Shown: positions 13,353 to 25,200 of the stretch, in pieces
Position numbering within the stretch: position 1 is the stretch's first letter
How the letters are laid out: each line of letters opens with the position of its first letter
DNA from: Raillietiella orientalis
Lineage: Eukaryota
Length of the DNA stretch: 64,000 nucleotides
Direction: 5' to 3'
NCBI GenBank assembly: GCA_036172245.1
Contig: JAYWIR010000001.1
Location: forward strand, 3,844,001-3,908,000
Notes under the pieces: generated by a model
Databases searched by the model: none
What the model saw: only the letters and a program-made list of their open reading frames with translations
Told to the model about the DNA's origin: nothing
Program-made: the position numbers and the translations under genes

Positions 13353-14894
13353 TTGAGGATACGATCTTCACTAGAGACTGGTTGCTATCGGAATGGGATT
13401 TTCGGTGTTGGGATTGACGAATATCCCTTTGGAACATGGGTTGAGGAAAATTTTAAAGAACTTGCTGATATAGATATTTGGACTGCTTGTTTTTTGAACT
13501 CTGTGGAGCACGTTGTCAATCGTCTGATAAGGTTAGCCTAATATATCTCAATAGATAGAATTAGCATCGTGACACTTCATATAACAGAGCAATTGCAAAG
13601 ATGTAGGGAAGGTACATAACACTGATTTTCATCTTGGAACTGTGCACTATCCCCGTAGCATCCCCAATTTAATGCCTTCACCTTGATCATGGCTAGTCTG
13701 AGCGTCTCAAACTATCAGAACACAAGACTTGATATTATGGTTGATGTTGGCTGCATGGGATTTTTTTTTTTTTTTCCCTCCGATGTGCCATCTCCTTTAT
13801 TAAAATGAACACGCAATATCATCTGCACTGTTCTGTTAATTGCCCTGTCTTCATCAGACAACGTGGCTGAAAAATTCAGTCATAGGTTTCGCGTTTGAAT
13901 AGTACTAGTGAGAAGTGTTCCAACATGTGAATGTAATAATGCTGATATCGCTGCCAATTTAAATCGACTGTAAATTTCACCTTTCTCGTTTGTTGCTAAT
14001 ATGTGTTCAGCCAAGGAGAAAGTACCTAACCAACGGAAGAGTTACCCTAAAGCCAGACATGGGAAAAGTGTGAATTCCTGAGAGAAGAACGAAACTCGAC
14101 GCTACCCTTTGAATGCTTCTTTGACGTGTCTTCCAAACTGACTCTAAGCAAGGAGCCCCGAGAACTTGTGTTCCGAACATAAGATTAAAAAAAAAAAAAT
14201 TGGGGAGTTGAAGATGAGAGGAAATTGAGCATTGAATTCAAATGCCACAATGGTTCTGTCGAATGCTTTAATGATACGTTAGAAGTATTAATCAATGTTA
14301 TCACACTGGAAACCCTCGATTAGTCTCACGTAGAAACATTGGAGGATGGACTTCGTTGATGTATGCGTGCTGTTATGGTCGACTAGAAGTGGTTCGTTTA
14401 TTGCCAGCATACTCGGCATCCAAGTACTTCCAACTGGCCAAGGACAGGGAAAGAAATGGTCGTCAGATTATTAATACAGGTGAAATAGCTTATTGTGATG
14501 ATCCCAAGTTCCTCATTTCCGGAAAGTCGTTCTGCAGATTGGACATACTAGGAAGGACTGCCCTTCATTACTGTGCGGCTAATAATCAAAAAAACACACT
14601 GATTGCTTCAATAGGGAGCACATCCTCATTCACAGTGCCTGTTCACCGAACTCGATTTTATGTTTGAAATTTTGTGATAGGGATGGCGTGAACGGATTCA
14701 CGGGTTTGATGATAGCCACAGGGAATGGTTATCTGGGAGTTGTTAACGTCTTATTGAAATTTGGAGCTGCTATCCAGCTACATGCACACAACGGGGTAAC
14801 TGCAGACGACCTAGCAGCTCTGAATGACCAACCAGCTATAAGTCTTCGGCTTTACAACAAAAGAGTACGCATGGCACTCTCTCTTGGAAGGTAA
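13353..14894 (+). pseudogene. ANKS3-like ankyrin-repeat gene, apparently disrupted
   Basis: DIDIWTAC, RRNIGGWTSLMYACCYGRLEVVRLL, DILGRTALHYC and RDGVNGFTGLMIATGNGYLGVVNVLLKFGA..HAHNGVTADDLA follow the ANKS3 ankyrin array in order. The LPTGQGQ segment (cf. VPTPEGQ) is out of frame near 14420, and I found no in-phase donor before 14680. Confidence 0.55.
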
Positions 14895-15291
14895 GTCTAA
14901 TACAAGCGACTATCTGTGTGAGCTGTTGAAATTCTATTTGACAATATCTCCCCATTTCAATGCATCTGAGCAACTGATGATTTCCTTAGTGTTTTCTGAT
15001 TTGCGTTTCACGACTTCAGTTTGGGCTCTTGTCAAATGTAAACGTAAAACATGTAAGGCTCTTTCTTTCGATGAGCACTGTATAGCAAATATTCCCTGGA
15101 CTGAATTAGTATAACATTTATCTGACATAGTGATAAGGCTTAATGTGGAAACAAGACTGGAATGCTTAGTACCGAAGATCTAGTCTCGAAGGAAAGTAGG
15201 AGCAAAATGCTGTTAAGATGAAGGTCAAGGCTGACATGAATTTATACATTAATTTCTCAATAGCCTTCATGTTTTGCTTGTTTAGTATTGA

Positions 15292-15361
15292 CTTGCGTTG
15301 CTTCTGTGAGAGTTTCAAAAGAGAGCTTGCTTTTGTGAAGCTCTCACAGAAGCAACGCAAG
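15292..15361. repeat. Perfect 21-bp inverted repeat forming a 70-nt hairpin
   Basis: cttgcgttgcttctgtgagag (15292-15312) is the exact reverse complement of ctctcacagaagcaacgcaag (15341-15361). Further pairing extends into the spacer. Confidence 0.95.
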
Positions 15362-17284
15362 CTGAAAACATTTCTGGATGCTGGGAGACAGAGATCTGAA
15401 TGGAGCACAATTCATAGCGATCTTTCATCTGAAAACTTGGATTTGATGTGATCACAATATTAAGACCGGGAGTTGCCAGACTTGAAACAGCACAGAACGA
15501 ATGCCTTCGGGAATCACTCACTTGACTGTCGCAAAAGGTCACAAAAGTGCTATCTTGTTGCTTGTCAGGCTGATTTTGGTATATTCTTGCCGACTTTGTC
15601 TCGAATGCTGGAAACAGGATTTCCGGTTGCAACAAGCATGCGTCCAATGTGTCAACATTTTCGAGAAATTCAGAAGCAGATCCATTTGATAAACTCCAGA
15701 TAGTTGCAATTACATAATTAGGTGACTCAATTTGAAACTCAAATCCTTAGAGAACCATGTTTGCAGACATTTGTGTTACAAAGGCCAATCTGCATCGCGA
15801 ACAGAAGACTTGAAATAACGGTGAAAAAGTCAATGCGCCGGATTCATGAAGCTAAAGAATGCACCGAGTTGATTTGAGCTCAAGGATCATATCAATGTGA
15901 ATTTTCTGAGAAAGGCGTAGTAGAATGGATTTCAGGTGCAGAATTTGAGAGCAAATGGTAGCTCGAACGCGAATACGACGGCGTGACTCTGACCTGAGTA
16001 TTGCGATGTCTAGGAGAGGATAAAGAGGAGGATAGCCCGTCGTATAGATGACAAGATGGTGTGGTGTTTATGATGCAAATGAGAGCTGTATACTTATATT
16101 TTCTTAATTGACATTTTTGAGTGAATGTAAATCATTCTGCAAGAAGGTATCTGTCAAATTCCGGATTGTTAATCATTTCTTGGCTAGAAGCGGCTGTAAC
16201 GTCGATACCTTCATTCATTGCTACCTGAATTCTTTATCACATTTATGAATGGATTTCTGTGAATCTGATCTTCCGTTTTCAAGCAAAAAGGATTCGTTTT
16301 TGCAAATCCCAGACACAAATCTTATAGCTCCACATGTCAACAGGAGTGATAGATATCGTCCCAAGTGTTTTGTTTTGCCAAGAAGTGAATATGCGAAGCT
16401 ACTAACAAAATAAAAAAAAAATGAGATGAAAAATATGAAATTCGTCAGGAATAAATATGAAATCCTATGTTCCCTTATTATATGATCTGCACGATTTATG
16501 ATCTGTATAGGAATCAGCTTAGAGGCGGCACCGAGCACTATCCAAATGTTCACTCACAGGGAAAAACGCTACGTCTAGCCTTTTGGGAAAGCCCATCTAG
16601 CGGGTAAAAGCATTTTATCCCGCTGGGCGGGGACTCCAGTGGTTTTTACATCTCCGGCCGCCGAGGTTTAGGGATTTTTCCATGGGTCGTAGGGAAAACT
16701 TTCAACGATGGATGTGGTAGACGGTCCTGCACAGAATTCCGGATGTTTCATCCACCCCTGCTTCCGACTTCCGGCCGATATGGACTCGCATTAGTAAATT
16801 ATCGACAAAGGCTGTCGAGGAAAACGACTTCCTTATCATTAAAGCATTTCGATATTTGAATTCTGTTCGTTTCAGTGCAACGGCAAATTTCCATTTTTCC
16901 TTGCAATTTACAGACTGTTCTAACGCTTCCTTTGAACCATAAGAGCGGCAGTGCGGCCCTCCCTTTGCAAACGTGTCGAAGAACACGGGCAGCAGCCGTG
17001 GCTTCATAACATAAACGTCACGTCATCAACAATTGATTGGTAATTTTATTTTTGTACCGTTGAATCGGAAGATTAAATGACATTACGTGTGCTGTGATAT
17101 AATGGGCTTCAACACCTCGTGCTGTATTAAATTATTAGGTGTGTACTGTACAATTTTTATTCACTGTTTCACTCAAGGTATGGGGACGCAATATAATAAT
17201 AATAATAAATTCCTAGGTATTGAAACCTGGAGATTTTTATGGGCGGACTTTTGGGCGGGTTTTCGGAGGCCACCTAGCGGGATT

Positions 17285-20200
17285 TGGGAACAGGGAAACC
17301 ACGAAGGTACGCCTGGAGTCCTTTCAGTCTCAGTCGACTTGTGGAAAGCTTTCGATTTTCACCCGGGTTTCACCGGGGCGTTTATTGTAACTTTGAAACG
17401 TGTTGTGGTTGTGCTGTGCTGTGGCTCCAGCCACACACGAAGAAACACAGAACCTGCCGGGTCACCGGTTCGCAGACCGGTACGGTCCACCACGGCAGCA
17501 GGGGGAAGGGATCAAACAAAAAGAAAGAAAACGTGGGAGGGTACGGGATGGGATCACTGTTGCTGCTGGGGCCGTTGCATCCTTCGCAGGATGCCGGCAA
17601 GCTCTTTCTGTATTCCTGGATCCAGGTGGGACCATCGTGACGCCCTCCTCAAAAATTCGGCGGCGTGCTGGATGGCACCCTTATGGCGAGCCTTGCTCCA
17701 AGCGGCGACGATCCTGCGAAGGCAGCACAGGGCTGCTAACGAGACCGCAGGCCGAAGGGCGTCGGCAACGAAGAGGGCTTTTAAGGCGTCCCTGGGGTTG
17801 CCGCAAGGGATTCCGATGGCCGCGGCAAAGCGTAGCCAAAGGGGTCGAAGGGCAACACAATCCACAAGTAGGTGGGGGAGGGACTCCCGTTCCCCACACC
17901 TAACAGTTGGGCTTCACCGCTCCCCAGGTCCAATGGTGTCGGCGGGCGTTGCAGGGGAGCCCCCATTGCTGCAACAGTAGCGCTGACTCCTGCCATTTTA
18001 AGGAGAGGATGGAGGTGTTCATGAGCGCCGGGGGCCACTTCAGATGTTCAATCGGAACATCGAGCAGCGCGCCCCAGCTCAGAAGTCCATGGGGAGGCGT
18101 ACTCGGAGTCGCAGCGTCTGTTAGCTGGCGTTAGCTCTCCTATCTTCTCCTTTCCGGAGATGCTGACTGCAACCCCCCACTTCGCCGCAACATCGTTGTC
18201 CAGATCTTCCATTAGGGAGGCCAGCTCAGCAGCGAGGGGGGTCGGAAAACTTTCGACTGCGTCGATCAGGAACTCCTTTGGAAGCTCCTGAAACGCATGG
18301 GTTTTCCGGGCATTTTTCAGGCCTACCTGCGCTCCTGCTGGCACAATGCAATAATCAACATCTTTTTTAGCGGCTGTCACGTGTACGGCGTGCCCGTCCG
18401 CAGTGGCATAAGGCAGGTGACAATCTGAGCCCCTTGCTCTTCAACACCTACTTTGAATTGGTGCTGAGAGTATACAGGGAAACCCTAGCAACCCTGCCGA
18501 GCTCGTGTCCGGGCACGTCTGCCGTATCGAATTATGCAGACGACCTTTTGCTGCTGCCTCCCGGGTCCACCCCGACGTCCGCGCTCGAAGACTTCGAGAT
18601 ACTGCGCCACGGGACGGGCCTGGAGGTGAACAGGACGGAGTCATCCATCGTCCCAATTGGTACGGCATGGACCGGACGGCCGGACTGAATCCGCTTGGGG
18701 ATCCCCATGGACCTTGGAGTTCCGTTGGGAGACTTCTGCGTGGCAGAAGCCTGGTCCGGCCGTGGAGATGGCGATTGGCCCATTCCAAAATGACAAGTTT
18801 CACCTGCCAGAACGAGCGGCTTTGTGGAACGCGTTCGCAGCCCCCCTGCTTCGTCCCCTCCCTTTTGTTTGCCCCGCCTATGTAGACTTCCGGAAAAAAA
18901 CGGAGGACCTACTCCGAAAAGCCCTTTGGGGCAAGTGGGAGGTCCAGAGCCCGGTTAAAAGAACTCGGTGCTCCGCGTAGGGATGGTGGACTGGACCTCC
19001 TTAAGCTGGAGAGAATGGAACATCAGCTCCAATTCCGCAGACTTGCCTTCACGTCCAAGCATTCGAATACACCTTGGTGCGCTTCTGCAAGAAGTCTCGC
19101 CAAGCAGGCAACCGGCTGCGCCGGACTGACCTCGGTCGTCGTGGCCACCGAAAGGAGTCTGGACCACCTTGGTTCGCGGCTCCGGAAGATGGTTGTCCTT
19201 GTGCAGAAGAACCCCTGGATTTCCGTTCTCCCCGCAAACTGGACTACCTGACTACAGGAGTTAGTTTTCGCTTGGGGAAAAATCAACAGCACGGGCGAGG
19301 CAGAGTTCATCTGCCTCCGGAACAGCAGATACGCTCGTAAGCCGCTAGAGAACACCAGGAATCTGCTGTGGGCTTCACCCCCCTCGCCCCAGTGCTGCCC
19401 TTTCTGAGAGGAGCAATGGACAGCCAGCATCCAGCGAGGTAGGAAGTGACCTGCGTGATGAGGGGCAGGAAAAAACATCTGGCTGAGCGGACAACTCGGG
19501 AGCTGGCGGATGCCGCGACCCCGAGTATCCCGCCTAAAGGAATGTTAAGAGGGGAAAGCTGCTATAAATTCCTCCTCCGGAGGTAGGATGGCCTCCAGCG
19601 TGCTGGAACAGTGCTACCCCCTTCCCCCCTCCCCCCTGAAGTGGCAAGAGTCGGCGGCCCTGCTGTTGCACTGGGATCTCCCGTCTAATGCCGGCCGACA
19701 CCATTGGACCCGGGGAAGTGTAAGCCCCAACTGTGGCGGGTGCGGAGAGAGTCCCTCTCACACCTGCTAATGGATTGTGTCGCCCTCCGTCCCATGTATG
19801 AACCCGTTGCCGCGTCCCTGTGGATTCCGGAGGGCAACTCCAGAGACGTTTTAAAGCTCCTCTTCCAGCGCAACGCCCTCACGCCAGCTGCATCCTTAGC
19901 AACACTGCTGTCTGCGCTGGATCGTGGCTGCATGGAGCTACGCAAGAGGACAGAACGACAGGGACGCCATCTATTTTGCTGTCCTCTTTCTGAGGACAGC
20001 GTACAGATGGCGCCATCTGGGAACTTTGAGATCTGAACTTGTCAAAATCCTTACAAGAATGCAGAGGAGACCCTCCAGCACCAGTGATCCCTTCCTAAAT
20101 CCACCACTTTTTTTTTTGGTGCATTTTTGCTTTCTATTTGTTTTCATCCCCTGCCCCTGTGCTGTAGAGATGATCCCGCTGGCCTGCGTGCCAGCTACCG

Positions 20201-20291
20201 GCAGAATCCTGTGGTAACAAGTAACGTGGAAGGATAGATCACAGAAATATATAGTTTTTTAAATAAATGCCCCGGCGTGACCTGGTGTCAG
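17285..20291 (+). mobile_element. Outer 5'-truncated non-LTR retrotransposon (L1/Tx1-type RT), degenerate, interrupted by an antisense copy
   Basis: RT motifs VDLWKAFD/CVDQELLWKLL, SGIRQ(G)DNLSPLLF, NYADDLLL, LWG....RDGGL and a zinc knuckle CGGCGE..SHLLMDC, with several frameshifts. Flanked by identical 12-bp repeats cctagcgggatt at 17273-17284 and 20292-20303. Confidence 0.9.
17356..18243 (-). mobile_element. Inner 5'-truncated non-LTR retrotransposon, related subfamily, inserted antisense into the outer copy
   Basis: The minus strand encodes LKWQESALLLQQWGLPCNARRHHW...CGERESLPHLLVDCVALRP, homologous to the outer copy's C-terminus. It has AATAAA, a short A4 tail (tttt 17356-17359) and a 13-bp TSD: ggaaagctttcga (17343-17355) / ggaaaactttcga (18244-18256). 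Confidence 0.9.
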
Positions 20292-21125
20292 CCTAGCGGG
20301 ATTCCAATAACTTGTGTTAATGGCAACCCTGGGCACCCTAGTTGTCTGGATATTGCAACCCTAACCCTGAACAGAATCTGCAGTTGTCCTTGCAACTACC
20401 TCCTGACCAATAGAATCCTGAAGCCCTATTCGAAAGCACCGTTGTTGCTGGACTTTAAAAGCTCTTGAAAGAATGCCTATTCACTACTTGCCTATTTCGT
20501 TTCCACCTGAGCAAAAAGTAGGCCCGAGAATCGCTTGCGGACTGCGCAAACCAAAAGTTAAAAAAAGTTCCACACGTGATGTCTCGCGGATTTGTCCTCG
20601 AGCACTGCTGAAATTGATGCACAGCACGTTTTCCCGAACTGTTTTGAAAGGAAAGCGTGAAAGACTTTTTCTTGAAATAAAATGTAGGCCTAAAGATACA
20701 ATAAGGTCAACAGCTGTCCTTTCGGAAAGGTAATGCTTCCCATTCAGATACTGCAATTTTGAGCTCTTGAATCGAAACACCAAGCAAAAGCACGTTCAAA
20801 TGCTCCGAGGCAGGAATGGAATATCTTGTTGCATAAAATTCTCTGCAAAATATTTAGAAACAAGTCCCAAACAAATTTCAAAACCCAGATAGTTTTGAAT
20901 AAATCGGGTTTTCATTAACGGCAGCATTTCGTCAATTTTTTTTTCCTGGTAAAAACGATGTTAGCGTTTCTTGGAATTGCGAGAAACTTTGATCTGCAAA
21001 TCGACGGCAAAAAAATCATCGATTTCAGGATGATTTTATCGCGGAAAAAAAAAAAATTACAGCCCTCCGTCTTCGAACTACTTTGATTGCAGCAAATTAC
21101 ATGGGTGGGTTTATTTCTCTTGTGA

Positions 21126-21968
21126 CTATTTGCTCTTATTATTTTCCAAACGTGTTCCAAGCACTTTTCTACGCTGATGTACCAAATGCATAAATAGGCG
21201 GGGAAATACTAAACAGAGAAAGACAAAAAAAAACAAAAAAATTTGACTACAGATTGATGGCAGGTAAATACCTGGTATGTACAGTAACATTCCTACCAAA
21301 ATATAGTAATGATGGTAAATAGTAAAATCATACAAATTACTTCCACCTTGTTTGGTGAGCTGAAATGCAATGTACAGGCACCACAATTCACCAAGTACGC
21401 CTAGCGGATACAGGATGTAAAATAAGCTATAACTGAAATACAGCATGAGGCTTGTTTGTGCACCAGTGTACTTTTGAAACTCACCGTAGCCAAATAAGAG
21501 GCTTTAACTTGAATCCTACCAAGTTACAGATGTAAAAACTATAGCGAACCACTTCAGTAAGTGTCCAGGCAAACAGCACAAGCGAATAACTAATTCCTCT
21601 CGCCTCTGTTATAACATTGCACACGCTCCATAATATAAGCACACGGGAAAGTATTTGAAACGCTGTGTTCACAACGTTGGCCTTCACAATACCAAAGGCG
21701 GTGTGCAGAATCTGCAAAAATGCATAACACATCCATCACTGCAATCATCATCACACCTCTAACAATGCCGCCGTCTGGCAAACTTTTAAAATCAAATTTG
21801 TTGTCATCCATAAGGAGCCTGCATTGGTAACAAATCTCCCAAAGTTGTACAGTAGGTAGCACCACCTAGATCTCACTCAAGTTCTGGAAAAATCAAGGCA
21901 TATTTGGGCACTCACCCAATTAACTGCAAAGAGTTGTACAAGAATAGATACTTCTTACTGAACTCCAT
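21126..21968 (-). CDS. HACD: Very-long-chain (3R)-3-hydroxyacyl-CoA dehydratase (HACD1/2, PTPLA/Phs1 family), multi-exon
   Basis: MEFSKKYLFLYNSLQLIG, ILHTAFGIVK, FQILSRV, AWTLTEVVRYSFY, WLRYSLFYILYPLGVLGE (catalytic Y..E) and YIP.FPRLFMHLVHQRRKVL. Confidence 0.92.
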
Positions 21969-22222
21969 TATTAACTTTTATCTAATGAGCATGAAATTGT
22001 TAAATCCGTAATCTTTACGATTTGTGTTTCAGTGGTACCGGGCCCGTGAAAAATGTTTCACTACCACTCACTCATCTTTGCAGAACTGTGCATTTATGCT
22101 ACACCTACTACATCAAAAAGTTCTAAAATAACTCTTATAAAAGGAAAATAATTGCCGAGTAAATAAAAACAGCAAAAACAAATTCTGACGATTTATTAAT
22201 GGAGAGAATTTTTGTATTAAAG

Positions 22223-25200
22223 TCAGTCCTCCATGTCTTCATGTCCTCTGTCATCTCTTTTCTGAGGATCCAACTTAATTGTGTCATCAATACGTAAAAT
22301 TGTAATAGCTGCTTCTGTGGCAAATTTCAAGCTTTTGATCTTCGAAATTGTAGGTTCCAGAACACCAGCAACTTTATTGTCTCTTATAGCACCTTCCAAA
22401 AGATCGAGTCCAACCCTAACCAAACATATAGACTGTTTTATCTGAGTTAACATACCATTTTAAATGAGCATGCTCAACTTTGGTCTGGCTAGCATTATGA
22501 TAGGCTCTCAGCTTGGCAACCAAATCAGTAGCATCATGAGCAGCATTCACAACAAGTGTTTTAGGAATTACCAGCAAGGCTTGAGCAAATTCCGCAATGG
22601 CCAACTGCTCCCTTGAACTCTGTACAAACGAAACCATATAGTTTTATAGGTATTTTGTTAGTACCAGGGATGTAGCGAAATTTTCTAAATAAATTGACAA
22701 TGCTGCTTCTACAGCACCTCCACCAACTACAACAGACTTGCTCTCCAGAACTCTTTTCACTGCACACAGAGAATCATGAACAGATCTTTCCATCTCATCA
22801 CAGTAAACATCATTTGCTCCTCGAAGAATAATAGAACTTGCAGTGCGAACTTTTGGTCTTTGAAAACCTTTAGCAAAAGTATCACATTTTGGTTGCAATT
22901 ACCCTTTAATCAAAATAAGTTCATCATCTGAAATCCTTTCCTGTGAAACTTCTAATGCTTCACCAAGGTTTGCTGCTTCAAAGCTTTCATCACCATCTAA
23001 GTTAGCAAGGGTGCTTAGCATAACAGCACCTGTTGCTTTAGCAATTCGCTTGAGATCAGTCTTTTTACATCTTCTAACAGCAAGCACTCCAGCTTCTACA
23101 AAATACTAAAAACACATAAAACTTCCTTTGCAGACAAGCATTACTTTTAAGGATAAATCATCAATCCCTCCAGTTGTCAACACAACATTAACTCCGGAAG
23201 CAATAATCTTTTTGATGCGTTCTTTAGTTATATCTTCTTCACACTGTCTCACTGCTTCCAAATTTTCAGGATCTGTAATCAATATCTAGGAAAAGATTCA
23301 AGTCACACACATGATAAAGAATGCTTACTTGTACACCAAGCTTCATTTTAGTTTTCTGAAGTGAAAAATCTAAGCAGGCTATTTTGGCACCAAAGACTTT
23401 TCTGGGCATAGCTAAAAAGAAATGTTTGAATAAGAGAACTAGTTTTTGTTAATTTACCCTGAGATGCTCTCGTGCAATTTAATGCATAGCCTTGTACTAA
23501 AATGCTCTCCCTAGCACTTTTTCCATGGGCTTTTAATACATTCACTGATTTTATGGGATACAAAAATCCTCCTTTGCCATCAGATATTTTTACAGCTTGT
23601 GCTGCATCTACAACAAGAGTGGCAAAAAAATCGGAATCACTAGTGTAAATTAAGGAAACTCTTTAAGCATCTTTATTCAACATAAGGATACGCTCCAATC
23701 AATTTGCTTGACATGCTAGTTTTGGCTATGTTTATAATACAGTCTCTTCCTAATTCATCAACATTGCATGTGAGATGTTCTTGGATATATTTACATGCCT
23801 CCCTGTAAGCATAAAATCACACAAGACAGCTTTTAAAAGAAAGTAATTTCAATAACTCACTTGCAGGCTAATCTATATCCAGCAATAATATTAGTTGGAT
23901 GAATTTTTTGTTTAACAAGTTCATCTGCATTTCTTAACAACTCTGCAGCAATAAGCACCTATTTAGAAACGTACAGGATGATCATGATTAATACAAAAAA
24001 TAAAACAGGTCTGCATATATAAAAATTATCATATTCATCATTGAATGTAATGGTAGCGCATCACAGTTCTATGCATCATTAACATATGCCCATAACTTTG
24101 CTTCAAAGTAAAACCCCTGACCATCTAATATTCTTCCTAATAGATTTCCTTAATGAAATCAAAATTTGCATTTATATCTGATTAAACAACTACCTATACC
24201 ATGCATATTTAGCAAGTCAGCTTAAAACACCTACAAAAAATGGCGAGGAATACCAAGTCATTTTGTCAATTTTTTTAAATTTAGGAGTATCTATGCTAAG
24301 TAGTCTTTAATTAATGCACTCACTGTTCTACATGTTACATGCAACTTTATGCCAATATTAATTTTCTTTTTTTGTAGGTTTTGCTTTCCTACTTCATTAG
24401 AAAAACCAAAAAGTTCACCAAGAACAAAAACACTACAAGTCTCATGACCTCTGATCATCCTTGGTCGCTGATCTATCTCTGTATTATCTGGATACATAGA
24501 TAATCTTTTCTCATTTATACTTGAGTTCTCGTCTATACAGAATCATACACCATCATACTGATTGCTTGACTTTCATTTATCTGCATGTAAACATGGAATA
24601 GCATTCTATTTTGTGTAAGCAAAAAATTTCTAAACTTGAACTATTTGACCATTCTGTATTCAAAATTTGAATATATATAGAAAAAAGAACCTTCCCAGCA
24701 ACTGCAGCAACCCAATTGTTATATCTGCTTTCAATGCATCAATCCAAATGTAAATCCTGATTGCTCCTAAATTCTTTAATACAAATACAAATTATATTAA
24801 ATGGATGCAGGAATAAAAGACATGCCTATCTTTTGTTATAATACGAATTTCTGGTTATAACCCTGAATGCACAACACACAAAAAAACTGTGCGCTGGATT
24901 AATTTAAAAATATGAATTCATGTGAGCATGAAGTCCCTAGATTTTCCTGTGAGTAGAATAGAACGCATTTTATTACTTATTTAAATGCAGCATCCAGCAT
25001 CTTTGTCTTTTATTTAAATGAAGAAATAAGCTCTCTAAAGTTTTCTCAGCACCTACTGATTTTTCAGAGATCTTGCATATATTAGAATTGATTACTGAAA
25101 ACTTTATCTTAGAAGCTTCACCTTGATAAGGTTCAATTCATAGTGATCTTACTTTCTTAGCAGACTTATTGTTCACTTAAACACCTCATAGTTCATCTGA

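Larger units (their letters stand above)
16557..20331. mobile_element. Possible non-autonomous DNA transposon/MITE remnant that hosts the nested LINEs
   Basis: The right end tggcaaccctg (20321-20331) resembles CAGGGTTGCCA-type termini. The left end retains only caggg (16557). GC-rich gggcgg/ctagcggg motifs cluster at 16597-16632 and 17241-17284. No matching TSD found. Confidence 0.3.

Noticed and set aside
17087-17980. 297-aa plus-strand ORF
   Set aside because: Chimeric: flanking DNA, about 24 codons of the outer RT, then the GC-rich antisense strand of the inner LINE.
17356-18260. Twin-priming 5' inversion or head-to-head double insertion as the origin of the inverted LINE block
   Set aside because: The inverted block duplicates a diverged 3' region and has its own tail and TSD, and the outer RT continues on both sides. 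It is a separate nested insertion.
20160-20205. SECIS or hammerhead ribozyme in the LINE 3' UTR
   Set aside because: No conserved UGAN/NGAN quartet with apical AA, and no CUGANGA/GAAA core, in both copies.
20357-20370. Telomere-like aaccctaaccct
   Set aside because: Only two units; more likely part of the local gcaaccct motif.
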